This document shows, piece by piece, positions 1-12,440 of a stretch of DNA of 64,000 nucleotides (its first letter is position 1; the number at the start of each line of letters is the position of its first letter). The stretch covers positions 13,764,001-13,828,000 of the forward strand of contig CDPCPM010000026.1 of assembly GCA_976551045.1 (NCBI GenBank), read 5' to 3'. The translations under genes and the position numbers were made by a program. Under the pieces are notes generated by a model. The model ran no database searches, was not told the origin of the DNA, and saw nothing but the letters and a program-made list of their open reading frames with translations. This DNA comes from Glaucostegus cemiculus. Lineage: Eukaryota.

Positions 1-761
1 GACAAATACAAACATCATTCCCTAAACCTCCTTGACATAATCTACATTCTTTGTCAAAAGGCAGTGTATAGACAGCCTTGGACAGAATTTAGTTTATTGT
101 CATTGTCTGATAACAAGTCTTAATGGAAAAGACACAGCACTGCCAATGAATTTCAATCATTTTTGTGATAAATTCATATGTTCAGCAGCCTTGGAAAGTG
201 CTGAAGATCTATATTGGTTCATTGCCATTCCTTGTGTGTTTAAACATCTTACACAGAATGCAAACAAAACTAGATGAAATTTAAAAAGTATTGTCAATAT
301 TATAGATAGCAAATGACGTTTCCATGCAGAACAAGCTTGCCTTCCCCTGCAAATTTACAATAGAGGAATAAATTCATTTTAGTTTGCTTGATCTATTTTC
401 TGAGGTGGTACATTTGTATCTATGAGGTGAAATTGCAGGAACTATTGAATAATATCTAGGGTTAAAATAACTTCAAAATACCCAAATGCAGTGCGTCTAT
501 TTTGTCTTTTTAGCCTTTTTTGTGTACAATTGATATGAAAATATTATATTAGTAACCTGTTCATTTGCTGATTAATTATTAAACAAATACTGTCATAAAT
601 CAATAATGTCAGCATATCTCTTGTTAGCTCATCTTATTGAATAAACAAGTTTGCTAAATCGTCTTGTCTAACTTTCACTAAATGTCTTTAAAGTCATGAC
701 TTTACATTTATGCGGCAACCTTTTGTACCAAATTAAAAGATGCTATATATTCTACTTCTAG

Positions 762-816
762 GTTGTCCATACAGGCTGCCAAGAAGTTCCCTGGTTCACT
801 AGAAAAGGCAAACCGT
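762..816 (+). other. Candidate short exon of an unidentified transcript
   Basis: Acceptor tattctacttctAG and donor CGT|gtaagc flank 55 bp; one frame reads LSIQAAKKFPGSLEKANR. Protein not recognised; could be chance. Confidence 0.2.
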
Positions 817-2885
817 GTAAGCCACTGACTTGAATATAATCAGTGTCATTCATGCTCTCCAGGATAACAGGAGATGCACCTCAGAGAGCCAAGGTTGGTC
901 ATGCTAAATTTTTACTTCTCCCCCCTCCCCACACAAGGCAGTTTACACTACTGGTGTTCCGTTTAATGACTCTACTAACAAACTGTAAGAATCACCCAGT
1001 GAGGTTAAGTAAGTTACAATGCCAGTTGAGGCTGATCTGAACTCATCCTCTACATTTGAGGATTGTCTTTTTGATATCACCACATTACATTTATTTTTAA
1101 ATAAATGAATATCAAATGCATAGAAACATTCACCTTAATCACTTAAGTTGTTTTTTTGCTTATTTACTCGATCATTTAAAATTGTTCAGCTGTTAAGGAC
1201 CAACTGTAACACAATGCTGCAATAGTATATTTCCAACAAAAAGAGTGCACTTGCTGGTATGAGCATTCTGAAAGAATTGCACAGATTTTAAAAAAAGACA
1301 CCTTGGTTTTGTTTGTTGGCATCATGCAGATTACTCAAGGCTTCAAAGCATTTAATAAATCAGGCAGATGTGTCTAGAATAAATGACAGATATCCTTACA
1401 ATGACGACATTTAGGCCTGTGCCCTCACTACCTAATTTGTGTCAGCCTATTTAAGACAGCTGTCAGTGTATTTTGTATCCTGGAGTTTGTCGCAGCAGAA
1501 ATGTGAGAGAATTGCTTAATTGCACAGAATGATTGATGCTGGTCGAAAACCACATTAAAAACACAAAATGTACTTCCTGTTGGCAGCGACCCTTGAGTCT
1601 TGTAATGAATGAATCCTAAGGACACACAAATTCAACTTACACCTTCAAGGACATTCTGCTTGGGAGGAGCTTCTTGTTGCATAAAGCTGAATAGCATAAA
1701 TTCTAATCACTTCATAAATATTTCAGGCTGGGCAAAGCTAAACAGCTGATTAACATCCTTTTAATCACTAATTAAAACAGCTGCGGGATATTTCTTCTGC
1801 AGACCACATACATTTGCATTGTGCAACTTTTAACATTAAGAAGGAATGTGTAAATTTCACAATTTATGTAACACAACAAATGCAATAATGAAAATCTAAT
1901 TTATGATCAAAATACATGTTATACTTTTAAAAAATTCTCACAGAAGTATTTAGAATTAACATAATCCAACAGAATAAAAATAGATCATATGATGTGTTTC
2001 ATTAAATAAATTATTTTTATGTTGTGTCCATGTTATGAAATTCCCCCATGGATGCATTTGCATTTTTATTGCAAATCATTTTGTAAAAAAGCATGGGTTC
2101 AACTATTTGCATAGCTACAGTTGGCTTTTATTTTCCATAGTCTCAGCACCTTTGATAATGAACTGAAATGCTTGTTTTACAGTATTTAGTCTCTGTGTGG
2201 AGCCTTCAATCTGGCCAATACAGCAATTAAACATCATCACTGTACACATTCAGTCAGTGCCTTTCAAATGTATTCTGACCTCTTGCACAGTTCCATACAT
2301 AGAGTATTTATATACTTAATAAGATATCTAGCACAGCAAATTTTAATGAGTAAGTTCTACTGCATTTGAAAAGGGGTCAGAAATTTGTATTATCCATAAT
2401 GCTCACCACTGTATATGTTACAGATCACATAATATTAAAGTGTCTGATTAGTGGTTTTGTTTCTTTGGCATGACATTGCTGCTGCTTATTGCAATATTTT
2501 CTGGAACATTTTTGAATATAATATCTTGTTTGGTCAAAACAGTATTTTGAGTAAGGAAGTATTATGCAGTTTGGTGCGTTCTGCATGTTTGCATTAATAT
2601 TTTGGTATTGGAGGTGTTAAGAAATAATTCTTGCAGATGTAATTTGCTAGATATTACGCTTTTCTGGTTTTGATGTTCTCTACTCACCAAAGACAAAATT
2701 GTAATATGTCTCTGCACTGAATAGATTATGAATTGGTTTCATTTGAAATTGTCAGATTTTACTTCACATAAATCTTTCTGGATGTGTACTTTTAAACATC
2801 CTTATCACTTTAAGAGCCAATGTTAAAGTGGATATATTATTCCTTTGATTCTCATGTTAAATAACAAGTAATTCCAGAATACATA

Positions 2886-2899
2886 AGAGAGAGAGAGAG
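2886..2899. repeat. (AG)n microsatellite
   Basis: agagagagagagag seen directly. Confidence 0.85.
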
Positions 2900-3479
2900 T
2901 GAAATTTAAATTAGTATATGGTATGTAACACTATATACTTTACATTGAATAAGGGTATATGTTATATATTGGAATTAAATTTTCTGAAAGTATCTGACCA
3001 AATTAAATCTAAATTCTGATATTCCTTCAAGGAAGCATTACAGATTTTCCACAGAGTGCTGTGGTTCCCCACCACCTTCTCAAATATAACGGGTGGGCAA
3101 TAAATTTTGGCCTTTCAAGTGATGTCCAGAGACTAAGAATGAATTTTTAAATAATTGCTTAATTAAAAAGGGACATTTAGCCATCAGAACCCTAGAAGTT
3201 GTTGAAAGAGTTGTTTCATTTCCTGCGCTCTTTATTTTTTTTGTTTTTAAATATATACTCCCCTTATCGATTCTGCGTCTGCTACTAATTCCAATAATAC
3301 TTTCCATGTTCCATCAACTCTCCTTGGGATGGCCACAATTCACACTATGTTGCTGTTAACTGTTAGACCTGGTGAACTTATGACAGAGTAGAAGACAATT
3401 ATTTAAAAAATATGTGCATGAAAACAATCTCTGCCACTTATATTTAGTGCAACCAACAATCTTGACTGACAAAGGAATT

Positions 3480-3800
3480 ACCCAATCATCTTGATTCCTC
3501 CTGGGTACAGCATCGTCACTATTGCATCTTTGCCATTTTGATGATTACTTTAGATTTTTTCCTTTTGATTATTGATCCCCTGACTAGTGTAGATAATTTA
3601 TCCTTATTTATCTTATCAAATCTCCCAATTATTTAATAAGTTTTATCAGATCTTGTCATTTATTAATAGTTACATAAAAATACCATCTTTTCCTCATAAC
3701 CTAAGCCTTTTCTCTTTGAATCATCGGAGTCAATCACTTCTGCACCTTCCCCATGTCAGTGACATTCTCCTTCTAGCTTAATGCCAAATCTGATATTTCC
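3480..3800 (-). mobile_element. Highly decayed CR1-type LINE 3' fragment
   Basis: ttattgatcccctgactagtg...tcttatcaaatctccc...ctgcaccttcccc follows the order of a reverse-complemented CR1 ORF2 end. Confidence 0.45.
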
Positions 3801-4438
3801 AGCAAATATCTTCTCTTAACTGTCAGTCATGAAATAACAAAGCCTTTGTAAATATTTCCATTGAAGAAAAAGCAGGTTTAGGATGAAATAGTTAATTTTT
3901 GGTTTACAATAAGTAGCTTGAAAAGACAGTATTAGTAATAATTTTTGTCAATATGCCTTGAATGTGTTGAAACATCATCAGCATCTTCATTTTCATCATT
4001 TAACAATATGGTTATTGGAATGCATTTGTGACAGTGATCCAGATTACATCCTTGATGCTGTGACTAAGTTACAGTGAGCTGGGTCATTCTCACAACAAAG
4101 TCTTAAAAGAAAAATAATTATTTTGCTTACAGTGAAAAATACGTATATTCTCTTTTTGGAAGTATGTCTAACCTTCAAATATTTATCAGAATCAAGAGAA
4201 AGTGCAATAACAAAACAATTAAAAAATACTAACTGCATCATTAAAATTTAATCAAGATCACTTCTGTGAAATTCAAACACCATTCTTGATAAACTTGAAC
4301 AATGGCATGGCCACGTTTGAATAATGCATTATCACACTGCAAATGTGTAAATCCACTTCTTATATACAATTTGGAATCTGCATCTATTCAGTTGTCAGTT
4401 TACAAAAGAAGAAAACTAGATATATTTGCTAATTTTAG

Positions 4439-4527
4439 TGGAATAGTTGATGCAAATATGATGGAAAGAACTGCGGACATTTTCCATACTGTAATCGGAA
4501 GCTCTGTGCAGCCCTTGAGGAAAGGCT
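4439..4527 (+). other. Candidate short exon of an unidentified transcript
   Basis: ttgctaattttAG acceptor and consensus gtaagt donor; open frame GIVDANMMERTADIFHTVIGSSVQPLRKG. Not recognised. Confidence 0.2.
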
Positions 4528-5035
4528 GTAAGTAATATGCTTTAGCTACTTACATCATGTATTTGAAGCCTCTGCCAATGTCCCACTAAAGAAATCTGTC
4601 TCGCCTAGAAATTCTGGCCAATTTTTGTAGTAAATATGATCCAGCTAATTTCAGTTACAAGATATACAGTTACTCTCACCTTAGCTGCAACTGTACACTT
4701 TCAGTAACTTTAATATTCCTCAGATCAATAATTTATCACTATATTTCTCAACAATCAATGTTTGTAATATTTTCATGCTATTGATCTTTGATAAGTACAA
4801 GTGCCAAAAAATTTTATGCTTTAGTGAATTGGAGTTCCTATAGAATAAGATTGAATTAGGAATTAAATATTGAAATTTTCTGCAGTAAGCTACAGTTTAA
4901 CTAGGTTTAGGGGTTCAGTCACACTCACTGCATGCTCAGGGACAAGATTTGTCTCCTGTTACTTATATTTGCAATGAAAGGGATTTGAGCTTGCTCTTGC
5001 ATATATGTAACAAACTGCTAGTAAGATCACCTAGT

Positions 5036-5176
5036 ATGATATCTTTTATTAGTCACATATACATTGAAACACACAGCGAAATGCATCTTTTTGCATAGAG
5101 TGCTCTGGGGGACAGCCCACAACTGTTGCCACGCTTCCGGCGCCAACATAACAAGCCCACAACCTCCTAACCTGTA
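5036..5176 (-). mobile_element. 3' half of a V-SINE subfamily with a Rex1-like tail
   Basis: Reverse complement (ggttaggaggttgtgggc...ggaagcgtggcaacagttgtgggctg...gtgactaataaaag) matches the + strand copy at 9950-10090. Confidence 0.75.
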
Positions 5177-5690
5177 TCAGGGTGGTTCAATGTTCTTACA
5201 ACAGCAGGATAGAAGCTGTACCTGAGCCTGGCAGTAGGTGCTTTCAGGCTTTTGTATCTTCTGCTAGCTGGGAGAGGGGAGAAGAGAGAATGTCCAGGAT
5301 GGGTGGGGTCTTTGATTATGCTGGCTGCTTTACTGAGGCATCAAGAACTATAGACAGAGTCCATGGAGGCGAGGCTTTTGTGATGTGCTGGGCTGTGTCC
5401 ACAATGCTCTGCAGTTTCTTACGGTTATAGGCAGAGCAGTTGCCATACCAAGCCGTGATGCATCCAGATAGGATGTTTTCTATGGTGCATTGAGAAAAAT
5501 TAGTGAGAGTCGATAGGGACATGCCAAATTTCCTTAGCTTCCTGAGGAAGTAGAGGTGCTGGTGAGCTTTCTTGGCCATGGCATATACATGGTTGGACCA
5601 GGACAGGCTATTGGTGATACTCACTCCTAGAAACTTGAAGCTCTCAGTCCTCTTGACCTCAGCACTGTTGATGTAGACAGGAGCATAAGA
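5177..5690 (-). mobile_element. Rex1/Babar-type LINE, 5'-truncated RT C-terminal fragment (frameshifted)
   Basis: ORF 5316-5702 has FKFLGVSITNSLSWSNH, KKAHQHLYFLRKLRK and ILSGCITAWYGNC, continuing to LPASRRYKS...SFYP in another frame; homologous to ORF 23399-24151. Confidence 0.9.
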
Positions 5691-6360
5691 CTGAAGATCC
5701 ATAAATAGAACTTTGATTCCTATCTTCTATATTCTTATTGCTGCACCTTTTGACAATATAGCCTTCATACAAGTGAGAATTCAGATCGTGTTACTGTAGG
5801 TCTATTCCGTACAAACATTGAATAAAGGGGTCACATCAAATGAACAAGTAGAAATGGCTACTTGGGATAACTTTAAGGTGATTCTAGTTATTTCAATAAC
5901 AAATTTATCAGAAGATTGTTTTATTGTTTAGTTATTTTATATATCACAGATATTAATTATTTCATGGTAAGGTCAAGGGCAAACAATGAGAAAACTTACA
6001 ATGCTACAATGGATAGTAGCAAGTATTTAGAGTTAACAATTTATATTCATATATAATGTGACAAATATACTGCAACATATAAATTAAATAAAGTCTACCT
6101 ACTGCTGTTTTCTTGTGTAAACAGATGCAAGTACCTCAACAAATCTTTTATTTGAAAAAAATAATTGGATTGTAATGAAAACAATTTAAGGGTAATATCT
6201 AAGACCCAGTAGGCATGTATTGATTGCTTATCTATCCAGGAAGGTTGTCTATTGGTGCTATCTGTTGAAATATTATCACAAAACATGGATAGAGATATAG
6301 ATATAGGCAACATTCTTGTTGATTCATCACCTCCAAAGTCCGCTTCAGTATGGTCAGGAT

Positions 6361-6819
6361 ACCAAATAAAGAGCAATGAAGAGTTTAGTGAGTCATAAAG
6401 TTGGAGGAAGCTGCAGAGATTAAGAATAGTAACAACAAGTATAATTATATTTAATTTTTGGCATTGGGGCAAGACGTGTTAACCTTGCCCATCTCGGTGA
6501 TAGCTTTAAGCTGATTTGAAAGTGGTGGTATAAGTACTGACCTCAGCTGATTAGTCACCAAAACCATTTTGACTTTTGTCATTTCCAGATGCCCCCTTTG
6601 ATGAATTATCATCTTCAAACTCAATCTTCAATTTATTCAAAACTGTTCCATCCCATAAGAGAATCACCTTTTCCCCTACCTCACATCATTGGGAAAGATT
6701 AACACTTCTTTCTCCAATGCCAAAAATTAAATATAATAATACTTGTGTTACTATTCCTACTCTCTGCAGCTTCCTCCAACTCTAGGACTCACTAAACTCT
6801 TCATTCCTCTTTATTTTGT
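6361..6819. repeat. Long inverted repeat (arms 6361-6482 and 6699-6819)
   Basis: Manual alignment gives about 10 mismatches and 1 gap over ~122 bp with a 216 bp spacer; ORFs on opposite strands share LCSFLQL. Confidence 0.92.
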
Positions 6820-7997
6820 GCATCTCCTTTTCCCAAGAGTTCATTTGGGGTTAGGGGTGGCAACTTTAATCTCAGGAATTTTCTCAGTAGTGACTTAGTT
6901 TTCTTTGAGGTAGTTGGCAAACTAAGGTGGCCTTGGTTGGCTGGTACTTGGAACCTCGTAATTGAGAAACACCTGGGCTTAGCTTTTGGTTGAGACCACA
7001 TCTCCTCCCACCAAGAAACAGGCCATTTCAGCATTCACTTCCTACCTAAGCAGTGTGTGAAATAATATCCTGGCAGACAAATCGAAGGTCACAGGCTGAA
7101 AAGTACCACAAGGATTTCTGGAGAGGAACAGAATATACTTTCCGGTGAATGATGATTGTTATGTACTAAATTTGCTCAGAATTTAGGAGCCAAATGGACT
7201 GAATCACCCAGTTTATTTTACATATCCTTTGGACAAAGTGAATATGTAATGACTATATATGACACATTTGTTCATATCTGATTAATACACAGACTTATAC
7301 TTGTAACAATCACTTATGAGTTTGTCCTCATCACTGAAATATAAATAAGACTCTCATACTAATTAATTGTTATCTTTGTTCATAATGATAACTATTAATA
7401 CTGTTATAATGTTACTATTAATACTTTACCCCAATAATTCTTATGATTCACATAAATAGGAGTATGGATCTTTACATTATGTGAGAGCCATACCATTCCT
7501 CAGTAATATCAATCCTGACTTCTTGTACCACTTAACTCAGGAATAATTCTGGCTAGAGTTGTTGTACAAGCAATAGCTGACTGATAGACGTGTCACTCCA
7601 TGGCTAAAAAGAAAGTTAAAGGCAAGGCTAGTAAACCTAATTGAAGAGGGCAAGCAATTTGCCACCTTTTGCACATATAAAAGTGGGATCTTATCAAGAT
7701 GTTCAGATAATTTTAATAAATTGTATGATTTTCACTTTTCATGTTTTGTAATGAACTGGATTTGCATCATTCTGTTTCTGCAAAACATTTCAAAAACTAA
7801 CAAAGCGTGGGATAGAAATAATATTGATGGAAGAAATGGAACCTTAAATTCCTGGGTTCAACTTGCACTTTTGCAGGATAAGGAATTTATATTGGTGTCC
7901 AAGCTACTATTATTACTGGAGTGGGAAAATGCCTAATAGAAATTGTGTTGCATTTCAAGGTAGTGTAAGAAGTGGCAGCAATATACAAGGTGAATTG

Positions 7998-8090
7998 TGC
8001 CTGTGGTGCAGCTGCAAGTAAGTTTTTCCTTGCACCTGTGCACACATGTACTTGTACATATGACAATGAACTCGACTTTGACTTTGACTT
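7998..8090 (+). mobile_element. Short 5'-truncated Rex1-type LINE 3' UTR with (GACTTT)n tail
   Basis: Matches 22470-22562; tail gactttgactttgacttt; flanked by tgaattg at 7991-7997 and 8091-8097 (putative TSD). Confidence 0.75.
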
Positions 8091-8839
8091 TGAATTGGGA
8101 ATGGATGTTGTTAATCATACTTTGGGACTCTAGCATTTACATTTGTCATTGAGATTGTATGTTGCTTAATGTAGAACCCATTTATGATGGTGGATGCACT
8201 CAGTCAAACAGACACTCCTCATAGGAATTTCTTCTGGAGATCTTTGACTATATCTCAGGGTTCATTGCAAATATGATTTCATGCCCATATCCATTCTTCA
8301 CGACACAAAAGATAATCAGTACTGATGGAATAGTTAAGCCAGAATCCATGCTTTGTACCCCACTTTCCATGAACTGAAGCAAATAGAGCAGCAGGAAATT
8401 GTGAGGGAAGACGGATTAAATACAGAACGTTAAGGCTATCGAGTGCATAAGGGAGGTTTAGTGATGAGCTGAATGAGTGGTCACCAATATTATAGAGTTG
8501 AGCAAAAGATTCTGGTTGGTTCAGTTCAATAGCTCCTGAAAAAAGGCACAGGAATAATGATGCATGATTAGCCTGTGTCTGTTCAGTGGAATGCAGGCAG
8601 CATGCCAACTTCATGCTAACTGCTTATTGGCATGACTGCGGCATTCAGCCAGCAGCAGCCTTGGTGTTCATTGGCTGGGTGCATCAGGAGGGGGAGCCAT
8701 TATCACAAGACCTAACATCAGTTCAAGCTACAAGCTAGCCCTTGCATTGTCATGGGAAAGAGGATAGGTAACTGGAGCAGATTCTTAACAGTTGCTCTAT
8801 AAATGAATCTGATTTGGAAAAATATGAGGAATGGTACAA

Positions 8840-9190
8840 TGAGAATAGGCTCCAAAGTTTTTTGGATTCTGCACTGGAGGCTGTGGTAAAGGAGGTGAAG
8901 ATTAGGAGTATGTCCTGTCCAATTATAGCACAGAGGCCCACTAGACAAAACACTCAAGCAGAAGTGAAAATTATTCACCTTGGATGTTAATGCATAGAGT
9001 CAACTTGGATATAGTGCTCATGAATTTCAATTACCTCAACTCAGGTATTCAACTTCCAGTTATTTAATGATGCAGCTGCACCACACAAACACAGGCACCA
9101 CACTCACTGACACAATTCCTTTCCTCTTACAGGACAAAGTGGCACACAACTGTACACAGCAGAAGGTAACTAGAGGAGAAGGGATGAGGC
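8840..9190 (+). pseudogene. Decayed Myb/SANT-like gene of a PIF/Harbinger transposon
   Basis: Frameshifted peptides APKF, DSALEAVVKEVKIR, DVNA*S, TWI*C, FNYL, then a GT-AG gap, then DKVAHNCTQQKVTRGE; matches the Harbinger Myb pattern APRFSDAALEAL...TWxQCRKKFNDL...KxAHN...TGGG. Confidence 0.7.
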
Positions 9191-9286
9191 AGCTCAGATT
9201 ATTAACATAATTAACAGGCATTAATTATGTTAATACATGTTATTGAGGCCATGATCTGTAGGGCTGAAAACAGGGATGGTTTTCTC

Positions 9287-9600
9287 ACATGAAAACAAAT
9301 CCTTCATCCCAACTAGTCCATGCCAACCAAGATGCCCCATGTAAATTAGTCCCATTTGCCCATGTTTGGCCCACATCCCTCTAAATCTTTCCTGCCCATT
9401 TACTTATCCAAGTGTCTTTTAAATGTTGCTAATGTACGTGCTTCAACCATTTCCCCTAGCATCTTATTCTATACACCGACCAACCTCTGGATGAAAAATT
9501 TGCCCCTCATTGTCCTATTAAATCTCTCTCTTCTCACCTTAAACCTATGCACACTATAGTTCTTGATTCTGCAGCCCTGGCAAAAAGGCCCTGTGTGTTC
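9287..9600 (-). mobile_element. CR1 (HER1-like) LINE 3' end
   Basis: agtccatgccaaccaagatg...tagtcccatttgcc...ccctctaaatctttcctg...ctcaccttaaacctatgc is the reverse complement of the tails at 27945-28175 and 32395-32750. Confidence 0.85.
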
Positions 9601-9949
9601 TACTTTTACCTCTCAATCCATGCTCTCTTTTTATTACAAGCTACAGAAGGAGTAAACACGCCGCTCTTAAAATTCCAAACTCACCACTACAACCTTTCCA
9701 GTTCAGATACCTGAGAAATGTAACCTCAAAGCATGGAAGAAAAGCAAGGATATAGAATGGTGAATGAACCATCATTCACATTTTTGGTTCACCTCTTCCA
9801 GTACAGTGCATAATTGGGAGGATAGCATTGAAGCAACATCTACTGTACACAATGAGACACTCAATGTTCAAGGTTTGCAGGGACAACAGGGTCACAAGCA
9901 GTACAGATACTAGCTTGCTGGAAAGCAAGGTGGCTGTAAAGGCTGTAGA

Positions 9950-10090
9950 GGTCTCCTCCCACATTCCAAAAGACATGTGGGTTAGGAAGTTGTGGGCATG
10001 CTATGTTGGTGCTGGAAGCGTGGCGACACTTGCGGGCTGCCCCCAACACATTCTCAGATTGTGTTGGTTGTCAACTCAAAAAGACACAAA
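9950..10090 (+). mobile_element. Truncated V-SINE fragment
   Basis: Begins with the V-domain end tcctcccacattccaaaagac shared with 30246-30500, then matches the 5036-5176 tail type. Confidence 0.75.
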
Positions 10091-10229
10091 TACTGTATAT
10101 CCTCAGCATTGACTCCAGGTCCCAGGAAATCTCATGGCATTGGATTAAACAGGCAAGAAAACCTTCTGCTGATTACCACCTACTGACCCCTCCCCTCCTC
10201 CCCCCCCCCCACCACCCTTGGCTGATGAA

Positions 10230-12440
10230 TCAATAGTACTCTATGGAGAACACCACTTGGGGAAGCACTGAGTGTGGCAAAGTTGTAAAATGTACCTTGG
10301 GTGAGGAATTTCAATGTCCATCACCAAGAGTGGCTCAGACCACTACTGATTGAGCTGGCTGAGTGATAAAGGACATTGCTGCTGGACTGGGTCTGCAGTG
10401 CCTGGTGAGGGAGCCAACAAGAGGGAAAAATGTTCTTGATCTCATCCTCACCAATCTACTGTCATGTGTGCATCTGTTCATGACAGTATCAGTGGGAGTG
10501 ACTACCACACAGTTGTTGTGGAGACAAAATCCTGTCTTCACAGTGTTATATACTTAATTGTGTTGTGGGGCATTACCACCATGCTAAATGGGGTAGACTG
10601 TGGACAGATCTAGCAACTCAGGACTAGCGATCCAGGAGGTGGTGTGGGCTATCAGCAGAATTGTACTCAATCACAATCTGCAATCTCATGGCCTGGCACA
10701 TCCCCCACTCAACCATCACCATCAAACCAGATGGTCAGAGTGCAGGAGGGCGTGCCTGGAGCAGCACCACACATACCTCAGCGTGAGGAATCAATCTGGC
10801 GAAGTTACGAGACAGGACTACTTGGATGCCAAACAACATAAGCAGCATGCAGTAGACAGAGCTAAGTGGTTCCCACAACCGACGGATCAGATCTAAGTTC
10901 TGCCACATGCAGTTGTGAATGGCTGTGGACTATTAAGCAACTCACTGAGGGAGCAGGCTTCACAAATACCCCCATTCTCAATGATGGGGGAGCCCAGAAC
11001 ATCAGTGCGAAAGAGAAAGCTGAGACACCTACCAGAATCTTCAGTCAGAAGCACCAAGTGGATGGTCCATTATGGCCTTCTCCAGAGGTCCCCAGCATGA
11101 TGGGTGTCAGTCTTCATCCAATTTGATTTATTCTATGTGATATCAAGAAACAGCTCAAGACATTGGATACAGCAGATGCTATGTGGCCTGACAACATTCT
11201 GGCAATAGTACTGAAGACCTGTGCTCCAGAACTTGTGTGCCCTTGGCCAAACTGTTCCAGTATATCCACAACACTGGTATCAACCCAACAATGTAGAAAG
11301 TTGCCCAGGCATATCCTGTCCACAAGAAGAAAGATAAATCCAACCCGGCCAGTTACCATCCCATTAGTCTACTCTCCATCATCAGCAAAGTGACGGAAGG
11401 GATAATCAATAGTGCTATCAAGCAGCACTTGCTTAGCAATGACTTGCTCACAGAAGCTCACTTTGGGTTCCACCAGATTCATTCAGCTCCTGATCTCATT
11501 ACAACCTTAGTCCAAGCATGTACAAAAGAGCGTAGTGAGAGGAACTGCTCTTGACATCAAGACAGCATTTGATCAACTGAATTGGAGTCAATGGTAATCA
11601 AGTGGAAAACACTCCACTCATTGGAATCCAACCCAGCATAAAGGAAGACAATGTGGTGGTTGGAGGTCAATCATCTCAGACACAGGGCATCTCTGCAGGA
11701 GTTCCTCAGGATAGTGTCCTAGGCCAATCATCTTCATGAATGACCTCCTTCCTTCAGTTATAAGCTCAGAAGTAGGGATGTTCACTGATAAACCAAATGC
11801 AGTAAGATTTGGACAATTTCCAGGCCTGGGCTGATAGGTGACAAGTAACACTCACACCACACAATTGTCCAGCAATGACAATATCTGACAACAGAAAATC
11901 CAGCTATTACCATCACAGAATTCCCCTTCCCCATACGTGCGCATGTGCACGCACATGTACACACACACACACACACACACATTTAATATCCTGGGGGTTA
12001 CCTGTGATCAGAATCTGAACTACAGTAACCATATCTTCAATGTGGCTACAAAAGCCAGTCAGAAGAAAGGAATCCTGGGGTGAGTAACTCACCTACTAAA
12101 TCCCCAAAGTCTGTCCACCATTTACAAGGCTTAAGTCAGGAGTGTGATGAAATACTCTCCACTTGCCTGGATGAGTGTAGCTCCAACAATGCTCAAGAAG
12201 CTTGACTCAATAGAGGACAGAACACGCTGATTAACTCCCCCTACACAACCATTCACTCACTCCACCACTGACACACAGCAACAGCAGTCTGTACCATCTA
12301 CAGCATGCACTGCTGCAACTCACCAAGCCACCTTTCAAGCCCAGGACCTCCAGAAGTTAGAAGGACAAGGGATATATGGGAAAAGTATTGGAGCACAGCC
12401 ACCTGGACGTTGCCCTCCAAGCCACACACCATCCTAACAA
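10230..12440 (+). mobile_element. Decayed CR1/L2-group LINE ORF2 (AP endonuclease + reverse transcriptase)
   Basis: Endonuclease motifs EFNVHHQEWL and EPTRGKNVLDLILTN; RT motifs HFGF (~11459), TALDIKTAFD (~11544) and GVPQDSVLG (~11698); many stops and frameshifts. Confidence 0.9.
11958..11981. repeat. (CA)n microsatellite inside the LINE
   Basis: acacacac... run preceded by alternating purine-pyrimidine cgtgcgcatgtgcacgcacatgt. Confidence 0.95.

Noticed and set aside
1641-1686. Minus-strand exon candidates here and at 29298-29360 and 48850-49061
   Set aside because: Splice-like motifs are frequent by chance; the peptides are unrecognisable and form no consistent chain.
4439-4527. Selenocysteine read-through frame WNS*CKYDGKNCGHFPYC
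   Set aside because: No similarity to a known selenoprotein and no SECIS seen; an in-frame TGA alone is not evidence.
6095-6785. Two ORFs sharing LCSFLQL as paralogous genes
   Set aside because: The shared peptide is a by-product of the DNA inverted repeat.
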